The translations under genes were made by a program, and so were the position numbers. Below the pieces are notes generated by a model that searched no databases, was not told the origin of the DNA, and saw only the letters and a program-made list of their open reading frames with translations. DNA of 63,250 nt, the filler included. It is 8 parts of 8 records of this genome, joined end to end, with 100 filler letters (N's around TTAATTAATTAA, not from the genome) between each part and the next. Parts side by side here need not be neighbours in the genome. Positions count along the whole stretch, not along the records: positions 58,103 to 63,250 come from SRR31147125_30868; 7 more parts are not named here. The stretch is one strand, 5' to 3'. Position 1 is the first letter of the stretch; the number at the start of each line of letters is the position of its first letter. Shown here piece by piece: positions 62,286-63,250 of the stretch.

Positions 62286-63040
62286 TTATTTTTTACTTAG
62301 CTTCATCAAATGATACAAGACTAAGCCTGTAAAATACATTATGAAGCCAGCCCAAATGTTATCACTTAAAAAGTGACCGCCTTGAACATTTCTACCAAAG
62401 CCAATAAGTGAACCTAAGATAATTCCAACATACAACCATCTTTTTCCTACTCTTTTTTTCTATATAAGAAATATGGAAACATCATAAAAAAACCAACAGA
62501 TGCATGACCGCATGGAAAAGAGTTGTATTTTCCTTTAATTTTATAGAAAAAATTTCTAAGCTTATCATAACCTATAGCACCTTGCTCTGTTTCTATCATT
62601 TTTGTGGCTCTACTACTTAACACAAACTCACCCATTTTAGCTGGAGGTACATAGTTTGCTTCTCCGCCAAACTCAACAATTTGTCTTGGTCTAGGTCTTC
62701 CCCAATATTCTTTCAGAACCGCATTAACTATAATTCCAGATCCGATTAATAGATAAAGAAAAACAAATAAAGCTCTTTTTCTATACTGCTTTAATCCCGA
62801 TAAAATAAAACTTAAAAAGTAAATTAATAGACTTCCCAAACCTGATATAAAAGCCGGTATAGGACCATAATCATATAATAATTCAAAAGGTTTTGAATTT
62901 TTCAAAAACCAATCTCCATTTCTATAGAAAGGCTCTTGCCAAATTATATCAATTTTCCAAATATAGAATAAACTTGTTAGAACTAACAATGCTAATAGGG
63001 GTATTCCTACTTCTGTAATAAAATTGTCCTTTTGCCTCAT
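62286..63040 (-). CDS. PAP2 phosphatase (lipid A phosphatase-like); frameshift in an A run near 62455
   Basis: KEYWGRPRP, SFPCGH, then RNVQGGHFLSD in the next frame, stop at 62286. Confidence 0.85.
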
Positions 63041-63074
63041 TACTCCTCCTTATAGTCTTCTGTTAATAGTTTAA

Positions 63075-63104
63075 ATGATATTTTCACTTTACATACTTAG
63101 TCAA
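63075..63104 (-). promoter_or_regulatory. Probable sigma70 promoter of the LPS operon
   Basis: TTGACT-18 nt-TATCAT upstream of the AGGAGG RBS. Confidence 0.5.
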
Positions 63105-63250
63105 TTATATGAATTATATCAAATTTATTGACTTTTTTCAATTAATATAAAAATCATTCATTTCACTATAATTTATAAATATTTATATAAATTAAAAATA
63201 AAGAAAAAACAAAAACATACAAATACTTTTTCTCTAAAATAATTTTTTTC

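Noticed and set aside
1960-63040. Split genes (cobB, SDR, CoA-disulfide reductase, TolC, GH28, PAP2) as programmed frameshifts or pseudogenes
   Set aside because: Each is restored by a small indel in a short homopolymer, in otherwise intact genes from unrelated contigs; this fits sequencing error. Read mapping would decide.

Overview
The window is eight unrelated contigs joined by artificial 100-nt N/TTAATTAATTAA spacers, so gene neighbourhoods must not be read across spacers. Taxonomic labels are impressions from gene style and composition. (1) 1-18584, spirochaete-like: xseAB, a ferredoxin missed by the ORF track, Sir2, dapB-dapA-dapL-lysA with a MITE-like insert, and a sigma54 nitrogen regulon (GAF-bEBP, amtB, glnK, GSIII) whose promoters and likely TACA-N4-TGTA enhancer can be read directly. 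(2) 18685-24218, Desulfobacterota-like: OleD-like SDR, HDOD, nitroreductase, FxsA, CoA-disulfide reductase-rhodanese. (3) 24319-31034, Bacteroidota-like MacAB/TolC-type exporter. (4) 31135-38104, Rhizobiales-like: sahR/samR-metF with operator, DjlA-like protein, RIME/Bru-RS-like repeat, a sigma54-driven Ser/Thr-rich protein, MFS. (5) 38205-46264, best candidate for an undescribed system: an atypical sigma54 activator and promoter ahead of a tightly coupled operon (sigma-region-4 protein, vWA lipoprotein, 4-TM protein, DUF1257/DUF2997-like protein, Ycf46-like AAA ATPase, orphan DegT aminotransferase, excisionase) that ends at integrase arm-like repeats. (6) 46365-51420, Clostridia-like integrase-less islet bounded by a duplicated tRNA 3' end and hairpin, carrying an NfrB-like MshEN glycosyltransferase. 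(7) 51521-58002: GH28, two GDPDs, a GntR/LacI regulator and a non-coding 116-bp-period repeat array. (8) 58103-63250, AT-rich LPS cluster. Six genes carry frameshifts in short runs that look like sequencing errors.
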